Source of the DNA: Felis catus
Taxonomy: Eukaryota
Assembly: GCF_018350175.1 (NCBI RefSeq)
Contig: NC_058373.1
Coordinates: 109,742,001 to 109,806,000 of the forward strand
Direction of reading: 5' to 3'
DNA length: 64,000 nt
The translations under genes and the position numbers were made by a program. This document shows, piece after piece, positions 1 through 11,782 of the stretch. Within the stretch, counting starts at the first letter, position 1; every line of letters starts with the position of its first letter. Under the pieces are notes generated by a model. It saw only the letters and a list, made by a program, of their open reading frames with translations. It searched no databases and was not told where the DNA came from.

Positions 1-299
1 TTTTATAAAAATCAGGAACATTTCTGAAGTCGGTATCTGACTATACTTCTTTGTTGTTCTATAGATACGGAAATCTAATTTGTGGGATGCTTTCCAGAAT
101 ATTTCCCCATTACATGATTACTACACAACAATCGCTTTTAGTCCGTCTGGAAGTAAGCTGTGGCTGTATCTAATACTGTATGGTCCTGTTACTCTCCAAT
201 TCTCCCACACTGGCAAAATACACAAGTTCACAAAAATTCCATTCTTGGAGAGCAGAGCTCTTGGAAATTTTTCAATATGACCAGACTTCACTTTAAAAA

Positions 300-1355
300 T
301 GAGAAAAGGATAGACAAATAGCCAATAAGCACATGAAAAGATGTTCCACATCATTCATTAGCCATAAAGGAAATGCAAATCAAAACCACAATGAAATGCC
401 ACTTCACACACATCATGATGGCTATTATCGAAAACAAAAAAAACAACAAAAAATAACATGCTGGTGAGGATACGGAGAAATTGCAACTCTTGTGCATTGA
501 TGGTAAGAACGTAAAATGGTACAGCTGCTGTGGAAAACAGTCTGGCAATTCCTCCAAAAATTAAATATATGATCCAGCAATTCCACTTCTGGGCATGTAC
601 CCAGAGCAAGTGAAAGCATGGGCTCAAGAAAACACTTGTACACCCATGTCCATAGCAGCATTCACAACAACCATAAGATGGAAATGATCCAAGTGTCCAT
701 TGACGGCATATACACACAGTGGAATATTATTCAGCCTTAAAAGGAAGGAAATTCTAACATGTGCTACACCATGGGTGAATCTTGAGGACAGCAGGCTAAG
801 TAAAATAAGCCAGTGACAAAAAGACAAATATTATATGATTCTACTTATATGAGCTACCTAGGGTAGGCAAATTTACAAAGACAGAAAGTAGAATGGTGGT
901 TACTCGCCAAGGGGCTGAGGGGAGGGGAGAATGGGGAGTTAGTGTTTAATGGATACAGTTTCTTTTTTTTTTCTTTTTTAATGTTTTATTTATTTTTGAG
1001 ACAGAGAGAGAGACGGAGCTTGAACAGGGAAGAGGCAGAGACAGGAAGACACAGAATCGGAAGCAGGCTCCAGGCTCTGAGCTGTCAGCACAGAGCCCGA
1101 CGCGGGGCTCGAACTCACGAGCTGTGGGATCACGACCTGAGCTGACGTCGGACGTTTAACCGACTGAGCCACCCAGGTGCCCCTAAGGGACACAGCTCCA
1201 GTTGGGGAAAACAAATAAGTTCCGGAGAAGGATGGTGGTGATGGATGCACACAACATGAATGTACTAACTGTCACACTTAACGCATACTTAAAAATAGCC
1301 ACGACGGTCAATGTTTTGTTAGGTGTATTTTACCACGATAAAAGGAATAACAAAA
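300..1355 (+). mobile_element. Old LINE-1 3' fragment (L1MA/L1MB-like), interrupted by a Can-SINE
   Basis: Typical L1 ORF2-end/3'UTR text (GAAATGCAAATCAAAACCACAATGA, GATCCAGCAATTCCACTTCTGG, GGAATATTATTCAGCCTTAAAAGGAAGGAAATTCT); no intact ORF. Confidence 0.85.
962..1183 (-). mobile_element. Can-SINE (felid SINEC_Fc type)
   Basis: Reverse complement of GGGGCACCTGGGTGGCTCAGTCGGTTAA head, (CT)n body, A-rich tail. Confidence 0.95.
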
Positions 1356-1877
1356 TATTAAAATGTGTCAAATTCTTCTCACGCATGCCTCTTCACTACC
1401 CACAAAACCAAGGAGTGGTCAATTCAGTTCTAATTTAAATATTTACCATAAGCCCCAAGAAATGAGTATAACAATAAAGTTTAAAATTCTTTCTAAACCT
1501 AAAAAAGTTTAATCTACTTCCTCAGAAAAAAGTCCGTTGCCAGATAAAGATGCTAATTGCTATTATATGTCTAGTTCAGATTAAATAAATTACTAAGGAA
1601 TCCACGCACCTCTCAACTTTGTATTTCAAGCATGATTAGTTTTATTTCTACAATTTTTCCTTGTTCTTCTAAAATCTCGGAAAGACTTCTCCATTTTAGC
1701 AAAACCTTTAGCTAAAATTTTCTCCCCCATCAGACTCATAAGAGCTCATCTTTAGGAACTAGTAGATATATCATCTTTATAGTCGTCAGAATTCATTTAG
1801 TCTCCACCAGTTTCAAGCACAAACATGAGAATCTGAGTTACAACCGTCCCCTCCTTAAGAAAAAAGAAGGAGGGGGA

Positions 1878-2094
1878 GGGGACACCTGGGTGTCTTAGCC
1901 AGTTGAGCGCCGAACTCTTGATTTCTCTGCTCAGGTCATGTTCTCACAGTTTCGTAAGTTAGAGTTCCACATAGGAGTCTGTGCTGACAGCACAGCGCCT
2001 GCTTGAGATTCTCCCTCTCTCTCTACCCCTCCCCCACTCAATCTCTCTTGTCTCTCTCAAAATAAATAAATAAACTTTAAAAAAAAAAAAAAAA
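1878..2094 (+). mobile_element. Can-SINE
   Basis: tRNA-derived head, (CT)n segment, AATAAA repeats and poly(A). Confidence 0.9.
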
Positions 2095-3080
2095 TGTTCA
2101 CATGGGGAAAAACAGAAGCCTGAAATATCCTAGGCTACATTTTGAGGACCTTTTCTAATCAATCTCCAGTTTTTCTTATAATACCTTCTAATTCCACAAA
2201 CTTGTTACAGAAGTAAATGTTCATTAATGAACTAGCACACCAGGTTTTCTGACTTCCTCTGAGCCACGAAAGTACACTATGTTGTTCATGCTCCCTCTCT
2301 CCTCACTCTCAAGTGTTCAGCAAACCGAAATCAACCTTCAGAGGTAGATTCTGATAGTTTCCATGCTATAAATGCTGTGTTCTGATGCACTTCAAACACG
2401 CCTGTTCATAAACATCAAGCAAACAGATGGAAATTAAAAGGAACAAAAAAAAAAAGTATCCACATACCCAAACAAAAATTGAAAAGTCTATTCAGGAAAA
2501 GCAGTTTCATATTAAAATATGAATTCATTCCAAAGGAAAGAGAAAAGTAGTATTGAACAAGTATGATCATCATGTTTCCTATTTGTACTATCTGAAAACA
2601 AGAATGCATGTAAGCAATTACTAACTGACCATTTTTTTCTTGATTTTTAAAACCGAATTCTTTCAAACATCATTTTCTATACATAAGTTAATGGTACCAT
2701 CTCCTCTACTAGGTCTACTTGTTGTGACTAAAACTGTACAATATGTAGCTGTTATCACATATGATGTATATATCTAAATGTCAACAGAAGAAAAAATGAA
2801 AAAACAGACCTAGGCCTCTTCGAGTTTCTCTGGCATTCAGTTTTTCTATTTATCAGTGTAAAAGATCCTCCTGATAAGTTTCTTTTCATGTGTCCACAGC
2901 TATTTATATTAAGTTGTGCCCTTTAAAAAGGCTGTAACTTCAACATGTCTGAAATCTCCCATCCCTTCAATGTGCAGCACATAACTTTAACAAATATGAA
3001 ATACCACGAAAAGAAAATTATATACATGGATACAAAAAGATCAACTGGAAAGGAATCCATCACCTGGTCACGAGCCTTAC

Positions 3081-3237
3081 CTTTTAGCAGCGGCAGAGGT
3101 GTTAACTCAATAGGCTTGCCTTGAGACCTAAACTGTGAGGAACTTTGCGACCTCTTCTGTCTGGCTTTTCTGACGGACTTCCGAGAAAATCCGTCTACTT
3201 TATCCACTGATGGAGGAGTAGTTGGTGCTGAGGACAT
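3081..3237 (-). CDS. PPP2R5E: PP2A regulatory subunit B56 epsilon, first coding exon (157 nt, codons 1-52 plus 1 nt); exon spans 3081-3244
   Basis: Translates [52 protein letters not shown], the recognised B56epsilon N-terminus; donor AAG|GTAAGG at 3081/3080; polypyrimidine tract plus CAG acceptor at 3247-3245. Confidence 0.97.
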
Positions 3238-5483
3238 ATCCCTACTGAAGAGAAAGAGGCATCATAAACATATCCCCAGGGGGGAAGCATACGTGTGAAT
3301 TATACAAATTCTAAAACCCCCATATACAATATTCATGAAAACGGGATTATGTGATAAAGAAAGCAAATAAAATCAATCAAGAAAAGTCGTACGTTCAACG
3401 GGGGACATGAGATTTTGGAAAAAACAGAAGTAACAGAAGTACCACATAAGCAATATTATAGTTCTAATGCGCTGTGCTGCTGCCACTCTGATAATGAGCA
3501 TTAAAGATGCTCATTTATACCTGAAGAACTCTTCTCAGCCATCTATTCATCTTCTAACTGCAAAGCTCTTCTCATCTTGAGATTCCTGAAGTAATTTTAG
3601 AGCTACTCTGCCACTGGAAAACTTCCATCGATACATTTTCACAAGATATTTAATATTATGAATGGGTTCTGGAGTTAAAACCCTTAATGTACTTCAAGAG
3701 TCTACACCAATGTATCACAGCAAAGTGAAATTTACAACTCTTGAAACTATCTAGGCATGACTTTTAATGCAATGTGCTGTGTTAGCTATGATAAACTAAA
3801 CCACACCACAAATGAGGACAGGTTAGATTACTGTAAACAGAACACATAAAGGGCATAATTAAAAGCATTTCAAAGAAGTCTTCTTTTTGAATGAAGCCAT
3901 CTTAAGTTAATAAAGCTTAATACACAAAATTACGATGAAGTCGTGCATCAAAGTTGAAATGAAAACATAAATTCACACCCTACTTACACAACCAAGTTGA
4001 GTTCCCTTTAAGTTCAACATCAAATGCTAGTTTTCGTTCCATCAAACTGAGAGAACTGAACAGTTCTTTGAGATTTTAAACCTCTCAAATTATTAAAATG
4101 AAGGCTATTTCCTAAAAGTCACAAGCCGTAAGCTCAATTTCATATTCCAATTTAAACAGATGCCATCATTTCCGTGGCCACTGAGGCTCCATTCAAGATT
4201 AATGGCAGACTTGAATAAAAGTAATGCATATGGGGGAAATACTGAAATGTAATTACTCACCTGTCATTCCAATACATAAGACAAGTGTTTTTTAACCTCT
4301 AAATAAAAGAGTAAGGGAGTTTCTTCCTGAACATGTAAGAATAAAAAGTTATCTGGATTACATGGATTCCGACAAGGTAAAAATAACAAAAACATAAACA
4401 GAAAACAAATAAAACCACAGGATCTTGAGGTATGGAATTTTTGAAGTCGTGAGGTTGTCTTTCTTAAAAAAGTTTTTAGAAATCTATCTAATTTAACCAT
4501 AAAAAACATGTGACAGATTCAAAATGGAATTGCAAGCTATGAATGACTATAGAAGTAAGATTACTTAAAATTTCTCACAATGACTACATCAGCAAGAAGC
4601 TCCACATCACATTTGTATGTTGTAAATTTAGGGGCAGCTTTTCCAATCTGGTATGTGAATTATTTAAATTTCACTTAACCCTAACAATGCAAGATTTCAG
4701 TAAATCCTGTTCCTCCATCACTCTTTTTGTCTCGTTTTTATTCCTCACCTCCCATCTCTAAAGATGATTTATTGCTAGTATTTTTTTTTTTTTTTTTTTT
4801 TTTATCATCTGCCCCTTCTGCCAGCGGCCCAGAATAAACGTCAAGGATCTCAACCCTAAAGCTCTGCAGAACTGAACTTGCAGTAGCGGTGGGTCCGTGC
4901 AAAGCCCGGGGAAACACGTTTTGCCCTGGACCAGGACGTCTGAAGCTTTATCGTCATCTAAGCAGCGGGCACGGGGCATTTCCAGGGTTCAGGATAATCC
5001 AAGCCGTTGGGGGGGGGGGGGGGCGGTGTGGAAGGGGGTACCAGGGTGGAGGAGAAAGACAGGGAATGGGTTTCCTTGTGGGGATGCTAAATTACTCTTT
5101 GCTCCCATCCCACCCCACCCCACCCCACCCGCCCAAACCCTGGAGAAGATAAGCTGTTACTGAATCCTCCACACTACATCAATCCCCCCCCCCCCGTGTT
5201 TCCCCGCCCCCCGTCAGTGGATAAAGGGGGACAAGAATAAGCCTCCAATGCCGGAAGGTGAGGGGAAAAGGAGGGAGGAGGGTAGAGTGAATGGGAAGCA
5301 TCATCACAAGCATTTGCAGGTAAATCGGACAAATGGGACGGGCGCTTCCTCTCCCGCACCCCACCCCACCGCACCCCTCGCCTGCCCCGGCCAGGCCTTC
5401 CAGAGACCGGTGTCCTGCAGGTTCCTCAGGACAGGGAAGAGGAAAGGAAGCGGCGAGCCGAGGTGCTGGAGGGACGAAGTTAC

Positions 5484-6070
5484 CTTGAAGCTTCTGGGGA
5501 AGAATCCGAAGATGATCTGTGGTTTCGAGGGGCGGGAGACCTGCGAGAGGGCCGCAGCGGGGGCGGGTGGCGGGACCGGGACGTGCGGGGGGAGGTCCGG
5601 ACAGCGGCAGGGAGCCCGGGGCGACGGCTGTCCGGCGCGGCGTCCCTCCGGTTCCGCGGCGGCGGCGCCTCTAGGCCTCACGGCCGGACCTGAACCTCAG
5701 CGCTCCGGCGGCGGCGGCGGCGGCCTCAAGATCCTCCCCCGCGGGCCCGTCCCATCAAATCGGCACCGACCCCGTAGCGGCTCAGCCGGTGGCTCCTCGC
5801 TCACATTCCCGGCGGGCGGCGCCTCTGCTCGTTGCCCCGGACCCGGCGGCGACGGCGACGACGTGGGGAGGGGGGGAAGGGAGGGAGGAAGACTGGATCC
5901 GCAGCGGCAGCAGGAGAAGGAAGGAGAAGGAGGAGGAGCCGCTGGAGCTGGAGCCGCCGCTGCCAGAGCCGCCCTTTGGTACCCGCGGTGGGTCCCCGTC
6001 AATGCCCCTTTCTCTCTCCTATTGTCAATATCACCGGGCGGCTGAGTCCATGGCACACGCGCAACCGAAC
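5484..6070 (-). other. PPP2R5E: Probable non-coding exon 1 (5' UTR) of PPP2R5E; TSS approximate
   Basis: Donor AAG|GTAACT at 5484/5483 inside the CpG island; TSS inferred about 60-90 bp downstream of the proximal CCAAT box. Confidence 0.7.
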
Positions 6071-6137
6071 CTTCTGGCCAACAGCGCCCGCCTCCGGCGC
6101 CCACTCACTGGAGGCTTCAAACGGGAAGCGAGTCCTC

Positions 6138-6255
6138 ATTGGCCTGCCTCCGCCTTCACTCCCAGGCCAGCAGGTTCGACTGAGAGCAGATCTGGGATTG
6201 GCGGCGGGGGGGGCGGAGAATCAGGAGGGTGGGAAGAGACGAGGCCGAGGATTGG
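6138..6255 (-). promoter_or_regulatory. Three CCAAT boxes (NF-Y type)
   Basis: ATTGG on + at 6138-6142, 6197-6201 and 6251-6255, i.e. CCAAT in PPP2R5E orientation. Confidence 0.65.
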
Positions 6256-9200
6256 GCTGAGGCGAGAAGGACCCGGATGCAGCCGCGAGCTCCGGCCGCG
6301 CCGCTGCGGCTTCCGCTAGGCGGTTGAGTAGGGTGAGGTAGTGGGGTACGACAGCCGCTAGGCCTGTGCGGAGCTCCTGAAAGCCGGGAGGTGTGCGACT
6401 GATAGATCAATGGGGTTGGGGGTGGGGTGGGGGGGTTCCACGCAATGCGGCTTCTCTGGGCGGCGGTCGACTTCAAGCAGAGGATTCCAAGGGCAAGGGT
6501 CGGCTAAGGGTGGGGGAACCCCGGGCCTGGAATCCGCGCCCTTCAGCGCCTAGGGTGGTCCTTCTGGGCTGGGGTGGAGGACCCCCACTTAGGACGGGAA
6601 CCAGCGTTGAAATAAGCGGAGAAGAAAATAAGATCTCCTGCCCGCTCCTGTGCGCCACTGTTGGTGTAAATGGGCCCCTTGCAGCCCTCTGTGAAACCCC
6701 CAGCAGTCGCTCTCGGCTGAACCTTGTGGGACCTGGCACCGAAATCTGAACCTCTGGGCCTGGGCCAAGGGTTGGGTATTGCTTCGAATTCTGTCTCACC
6801 TCGTCTTCTTTTCCCTAAACCTCTGTTTTGAATGTCAGCTCCCTGAAACTCCTGCAAGCCTTGATAGAGGCCAGTTCAGTGTAGCTCATGCAGGTGGGAA
6901 TGCTGTCTCTGTGCTCTGCAATCATTTATCCCGATCAACTACCTGGGCCCTCCCGCTGCACAGAGCTCGGGGCATCCCAGCTCCAGACTCTAGGAGCTTG
7001 CGAGATTTTAATTGGCAGGTTGGATCCAGAAGAGTTTATGGAGAAGACTTCACTCAACTCTAGCTAGATGAAGTAATAAAATATTTAGGGAAGTGTTTGC
7101 ATCTTTGGTGAGCTCAAACCCAAGTGATGCAATTCCAGAGAATTATGGGGACTGTCACTCTATCTGAATGCACGCTACGTACATCTTTATTGGGGGGGGG
7201 GGGGGGGACCGGGGGACGGTTGAGAGGGAAGAAAATTCTTAATGCTTAACTACAAATATCAGATCAATTATTAAAAACTTGTGGGAAAAAATTTAACTTA
7301 GACACTGTTAGCATTTTGATGTACTTCCCTCCGGTATTTTTTTCTTTTAATTTTGTGTGTGTTGTTTTGGAGCCTAGTTTTTCCCCGTCGGCATTTTATC
7401 ATGTTTTCTATACAGTTAAGAAATAAAACTAGGTACCATATGTACAAGTAACAAAAACAAAATGCATTGCATTTCTTGTTTGTGTTAACACTCAGGTGTT
7501 GCAAATTTTTATTCACACTCCCAGGAACGGATCTTGAGTGGAAAAAAATTTTTGTGCCATGAAAGATTTAAAAAAAAAAAAAATGTGGTTTTTGAACTGA
7601 AATGGGAAACAGGAAAAAATGGCCGTCTTGGTAGAAGCGGTTCCCCCTGCTGACTCCAGATGATTTGCCACTGTATAGATAGTGCCCATTTTTTTGGCCT
7701 AAAAGTCCACCACTAGGCTTTATAAAACTGGCAGGAATACCATTCTTCTTCCAACCTTCAAGAAACTGCATTTCTACATCTGAATTTCACATGCCAGTCT
7801 TCATGAAAAGTTGAGTGTCCCAGCCATGCAGAGCCCGTTTGCTCTCCGATTGAGGGAAATGCAGAATTAAAACCAAGGAAGATTTTAAAGCCAACTCCAT
7901 TTCCCTTGGCAACAGTTGGACCGTCAAGGAGTAGTGCACGTTGGAAATGCTCACAGCTGCTGCTTAGAACATTTCACATTTTGTAGAGTGGAGATTTAGC
8001 TTGAAAATTATGGATCTCTATAAAGAATTCATTTCAAAACTCATTTTCTATAAAATGGCTGGGTAACTGAAATGAGCAGGTCTTTTAAAGTGGGAACATC
8101 CTTGCCTATGTGAGAAATTGTTCCTTGGACAATATTTTCTAAAGGGGTCCACATAAGCCAGGGGTGTATATATTTCAGGAATAGGGCGAGGCAATCCATT
8201 TGGAATGCAGAAGAATAAAATATGAGGACATCTGCTTATGCTTAATTCTAATTGAAAACTAAAGTCATTAAGATCAATTAATATTTTATGTACAGAATAA
8301 GGGAACCTGCACTCTGACCATGGAATCTTCTCTTGGCCTAGAACAACATAGGAGATTTCCTCAAAGAAAAGTGGAAGTTACCCATTTCCAACGGTGGGCA
8401 GTGGTGGTCCCGTCCAGTCAGTCCCTGTCATCTTGTAGTGACTTCTTATAATTTGCTAGATTCCGACTAAGTGGATTTACTGATGATATTATCTAGGTTT
8501 AATTAAACCGGTAGAAAATAGACAACTTTAGAAGAATCCTTCGCTAAGAAACCACAGGAAAACAAGCAAATGGCAGAACTGCAATTTCTAGTACCAGATC
8601 TTTGACAGACACATTTCAAAGTTAAAATAACAATCTAACAAATCTAACCAAATTTTGGCTTTAAAAAAAATGTTAAATTCGTCAAGGAGATTATGTGAAT
8701 GAGGATTTATACCCACTGTCATTAACAATGAATTTCACCCTAAGCGTATATTGTGACTGAGTTATAAATGGAAGCGTATGTTTATACTTTATAAATAAAC
8801 ATGCATATATTTGATTAAGAACTGCCTCCAAAAAAAAACGTACTGATGGGAATGAATGGTCAAAAAAGTTTGGAGACTTGTTACTCTAGATAATACAAAA
8901 ATATACATTATAGTCATCTGGGAAGCCATCATCAAGTGACAAAACTGTTCATTGGTATCAGATGAAAGCATTCACCTCCCAGATATCAAGGCTGAGCTTA
9001 TCGCGAATCTGCTGGAATCTACTGGCAGGCTGGTCATATGATGAGACTAGAAGGCACAGACTATCAAATGGTAGCTGACTGGTGAACTGAAGAAGGGTAA
9101 GATAATAAGCAGAAGTATCATCAAACCAATTATCAACCAGTAATGGAGGAAAAGACCTATATATCATCCTAGAAGTTGACTAGCCCAAAATGCGTATGTT

Positions 9201-9719
9201 TTGAAAGCTGGTTTTGGGCTGAGAGGGGAAAAATAGTGAAAAAGCCCGAGGCAAGAGCTGCTTTCTTGGGGAAAAAAAAATCAGTATACACACAGCTAGT
9301 GTAGACAGGGGACTCTGCTGTAACACTTCTTCAAGCCACATTTATCTACACTGGGAAACCCCTCGGCGGTGGCATTTCCTTGGGTCGCAATTCAAATAGC
9401 ACAGTTAGATTTTCAGATGTGCCTCAGGGTTGTAGGTTATTCCTGGCTTTCCATGTGATCATGTGTACAATTATTGGCTAAGATTTAAAGTGTTTAGGTG
9501 CTCCAGTTCCCTACCTTGCAGTGAGAGGCCCTAGGTCACTGATGGATCAAGACGGGAAGAGGGGCCCTACGTCACTGATGGGGAAGTGATAGCCAGCTTC
9601 GAGTGCACTTTGTTATGTACAGGATAAAACAAAATAACACACCGTAAGCAACAAATTCGCTTCTAAAATAGTTAAATTTCACAGTTAACTGAATTAAAGC
9701 TATAACTAATTATAAGCAC

Positions 9720-9960
9720 GATGCCGAAAACATAGACTGTGGAATCAGATGTACCTGAGGTGGGATCCCAGCTCAGACAGTCAGGAGCTGGGGCAAATTA
9801 TTTGCTTCTCACAGCCTTGGTTTCCCGGCCTGTAAATGAACAGACTAACGCTTCCTAACTCACGGGGTAGTCCTCACATTTATATGACGTTATGCATTTA
9901 CTCCGTTACGTGTGTCTGGCACATGTTAGCCGCTCAATAAATACTGGTTATGACCATAAT
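9720..9960 (+). mobile_element. MIR SINE
   Basis: Core-like text GGGCAAATTATTTGCTTCTCACAGCCTTGGTTTCCCGGCCTGTAAATG. Confidence 0.7.
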
Positions 9961-10329
9961 CGTCCACTTTCTTTGTATTTTAATCCATCTAGAAACTTCA
10001 AGAAAGTTTTTTTTCCTCGAAATTTTATTCTGGCTTACCCCACTGTGACAGGAAGAAAAAAACAAGAAGCAAGGGAACGACAAATATCAGATCCTTTCAG
10101 ACCACGCCCATGCTAAATGATACAAGTGTGTGGGAGCAGTCATTAGCAATAACAAAAATTTGCACCTTACAATATCCGTATACTTCTAAAAGTGAAAAAA
10201 ATCGGTCATTCGAGTTAACATCCTTTCAGAGCTTTATCTTCATTTCTCATCGGTGTTCCTTCTAAAAGAGGCTCAAACTATTTTTGCGCTCAACCATTTC
10301 TCTTCCTCTCTTGCACTAGGACTATGGTC

Positions 10330-10832
10330 CTGGTTTCTGTCCTAGCCCTGCCATGAGTAACGGCCTAGACTTGATGTGGCCGGTATCTGCTTCCTGGCCA
10401 CGCCCCTCTTTTTCTTGGAGGACCATGCTCCTCACTTCATGTGATCCTGGTGGACTGGTAACCCTGCAGCTTCTCTCTTTCCTCCCCACGAGAGACAGGT
10501 ACAAGACGCAAGGAGATGGGTTGGATCTTCCCCAAGATCTGCTCTGTGCATGCTGGGAGAGGGATACCTCTCTTCCTCTTGGAACATAAACCACAGAAGT
10601 GAGGTAAAATTGGACCTATGTGTTACCATCTCCTCCCCCTCCATCCTGGTGGAATCCAATACTGTGGAAGAAACTTTGGCAGATGCCAGGTTTTAACAAC
10701 ACAATTGGAGCGGCTGGATTCAACTCTGTCCAAAAGTAGTTTCAATTATATGAGCCAGTAAATTTCCTTTTTTGTTTAAGCTACGTTGGAGTTGAATTTC
10801 TATAACTTATGCCCAAAAGAATCTGGATGTAC
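10330..10832 (+). mobile_element. Old MaLR (MLT1-like) LTR
   Basis: 3' end resembles MLT1 (TATGAGCCAGTAAATTTCCTTTTTTGTTTAAGCTA...TACA); 5' boundary uncertain. Confidence 0.5.
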
Positions 10833-11075
10833 AACACCCAGGCAAGTCACTTAACCTCACCAAGCCTCAGTTTACTCTTAGACCCAGGACCTGGGGTTTT
10901 CTAGGAGTTGAACTAAATGAAATATTTAGATGAAATCTAATCTTAAGCATGAAAGGCAATCATTTAAAGTGACCCTGCCAGGAATTCTTTCCTACTGTAA
11001 TTCATCAAGTCTAGTTTATTTGTTGGCTTTTGTTTTTAAGACTCAAAGCAGATATTCTTAAGAATTATACTTTCA

Positions 11076-11240
11076 GGGGACACCTAAGTGGCTCAGTCAG
11101 TTGAGCGTCCAACTCTTCATCTCAGCTCTGGTCATGATCTCGCGGTTCATGAGTTGGAGCCCCGATTTGGACTCTGCGCTGATGGCGTGGAGCCTGCTTG
11201 GGATTCAGTCTCTCCTTCTCTATGTTCCTTCCCTGCTTGT

Positions 11241-11281
<41 letters not shown>

Positions 11282-11742
11282 ATAAATAAACTTTTTTTTT
11301 AAAAGACATTAAATAAAATAGAATTATATTTTCAGGGTGTGCCAGAGTGGCTTAGTCAGTTGAGCATCTAACTCTGATTTCAGCTCAGGTCATGATCCCA
11401 GGGTCCTGCGATCAAGTCCTGAGTTGGGCTCCATGCTGGGCATGCAGACTGCTTAAGATTCTCTCTCTCTCATGGGGCACCTGGATGGCTCAGTTGGGCA
11501 AGCGTCCGACTTCGGCTCAGGTCATGATCTCACGGTTTGTAAGTTCGAGCCCCATGTCGGGCTCTGTGCTGCCAGCTTAGAGCCTGGAGCCTGCTTTGGA
11601 TTCTGTGTCTCCCTCTCTCTCTGCCCCTCTCTCACTCATGCTCTGTCTCTCAAAAATAAATAAATGTTAAAAAAAAAAAAAAGATTCTCTCTCTTTCTCC
11701 CTCTCCTCCTCTCCCCTCTGCTCCTCTCCCTTGCTTGTGCAT

Positions 11743-11782
<40 letters not shown>

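Larger units (their letters stand above)
5320..6720. promoter_or_regulatory. PPP2R5E: CpG island / PPP2R5E promoter
   Basis: Very high GC and CpG density against a CpG-depleted background; GC boxes (e.g. GGGCGG 6211-6216); lies 2-3 kb upstream of the first coding exon. Confidence 0.92.

Noticed and set aside
2923..3080. C-terminal half of the 104-aa ORF 2923..3237
   Set aside because: Intron read-through past the AAG|GTAAGG donor; B56epsilon similarity stops at ...PLPLLK
5248..6476. Long overlapping ORFs (265, 176, 142, 135 aa and others) in the CpG island
   Set aside because: Stop codons are rare in very GC-rich DNA; the products are low-complexity G/R/P/A in all frames with no domain signal
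7640..7653. CTCF-like motif TCAGCAGGGGGAAC (minus strand) and an RFX-like half site near 7901-7913
   Set aside because: Imperfect matches that cannot be distinguished from chance without ChIP or conservation data
11076..11150. tRNA-like A/B-box sequences at SINE heads, here and throughout the window
   Set aside because: tRNA-derived Can-SINE heads, not tRNA genes
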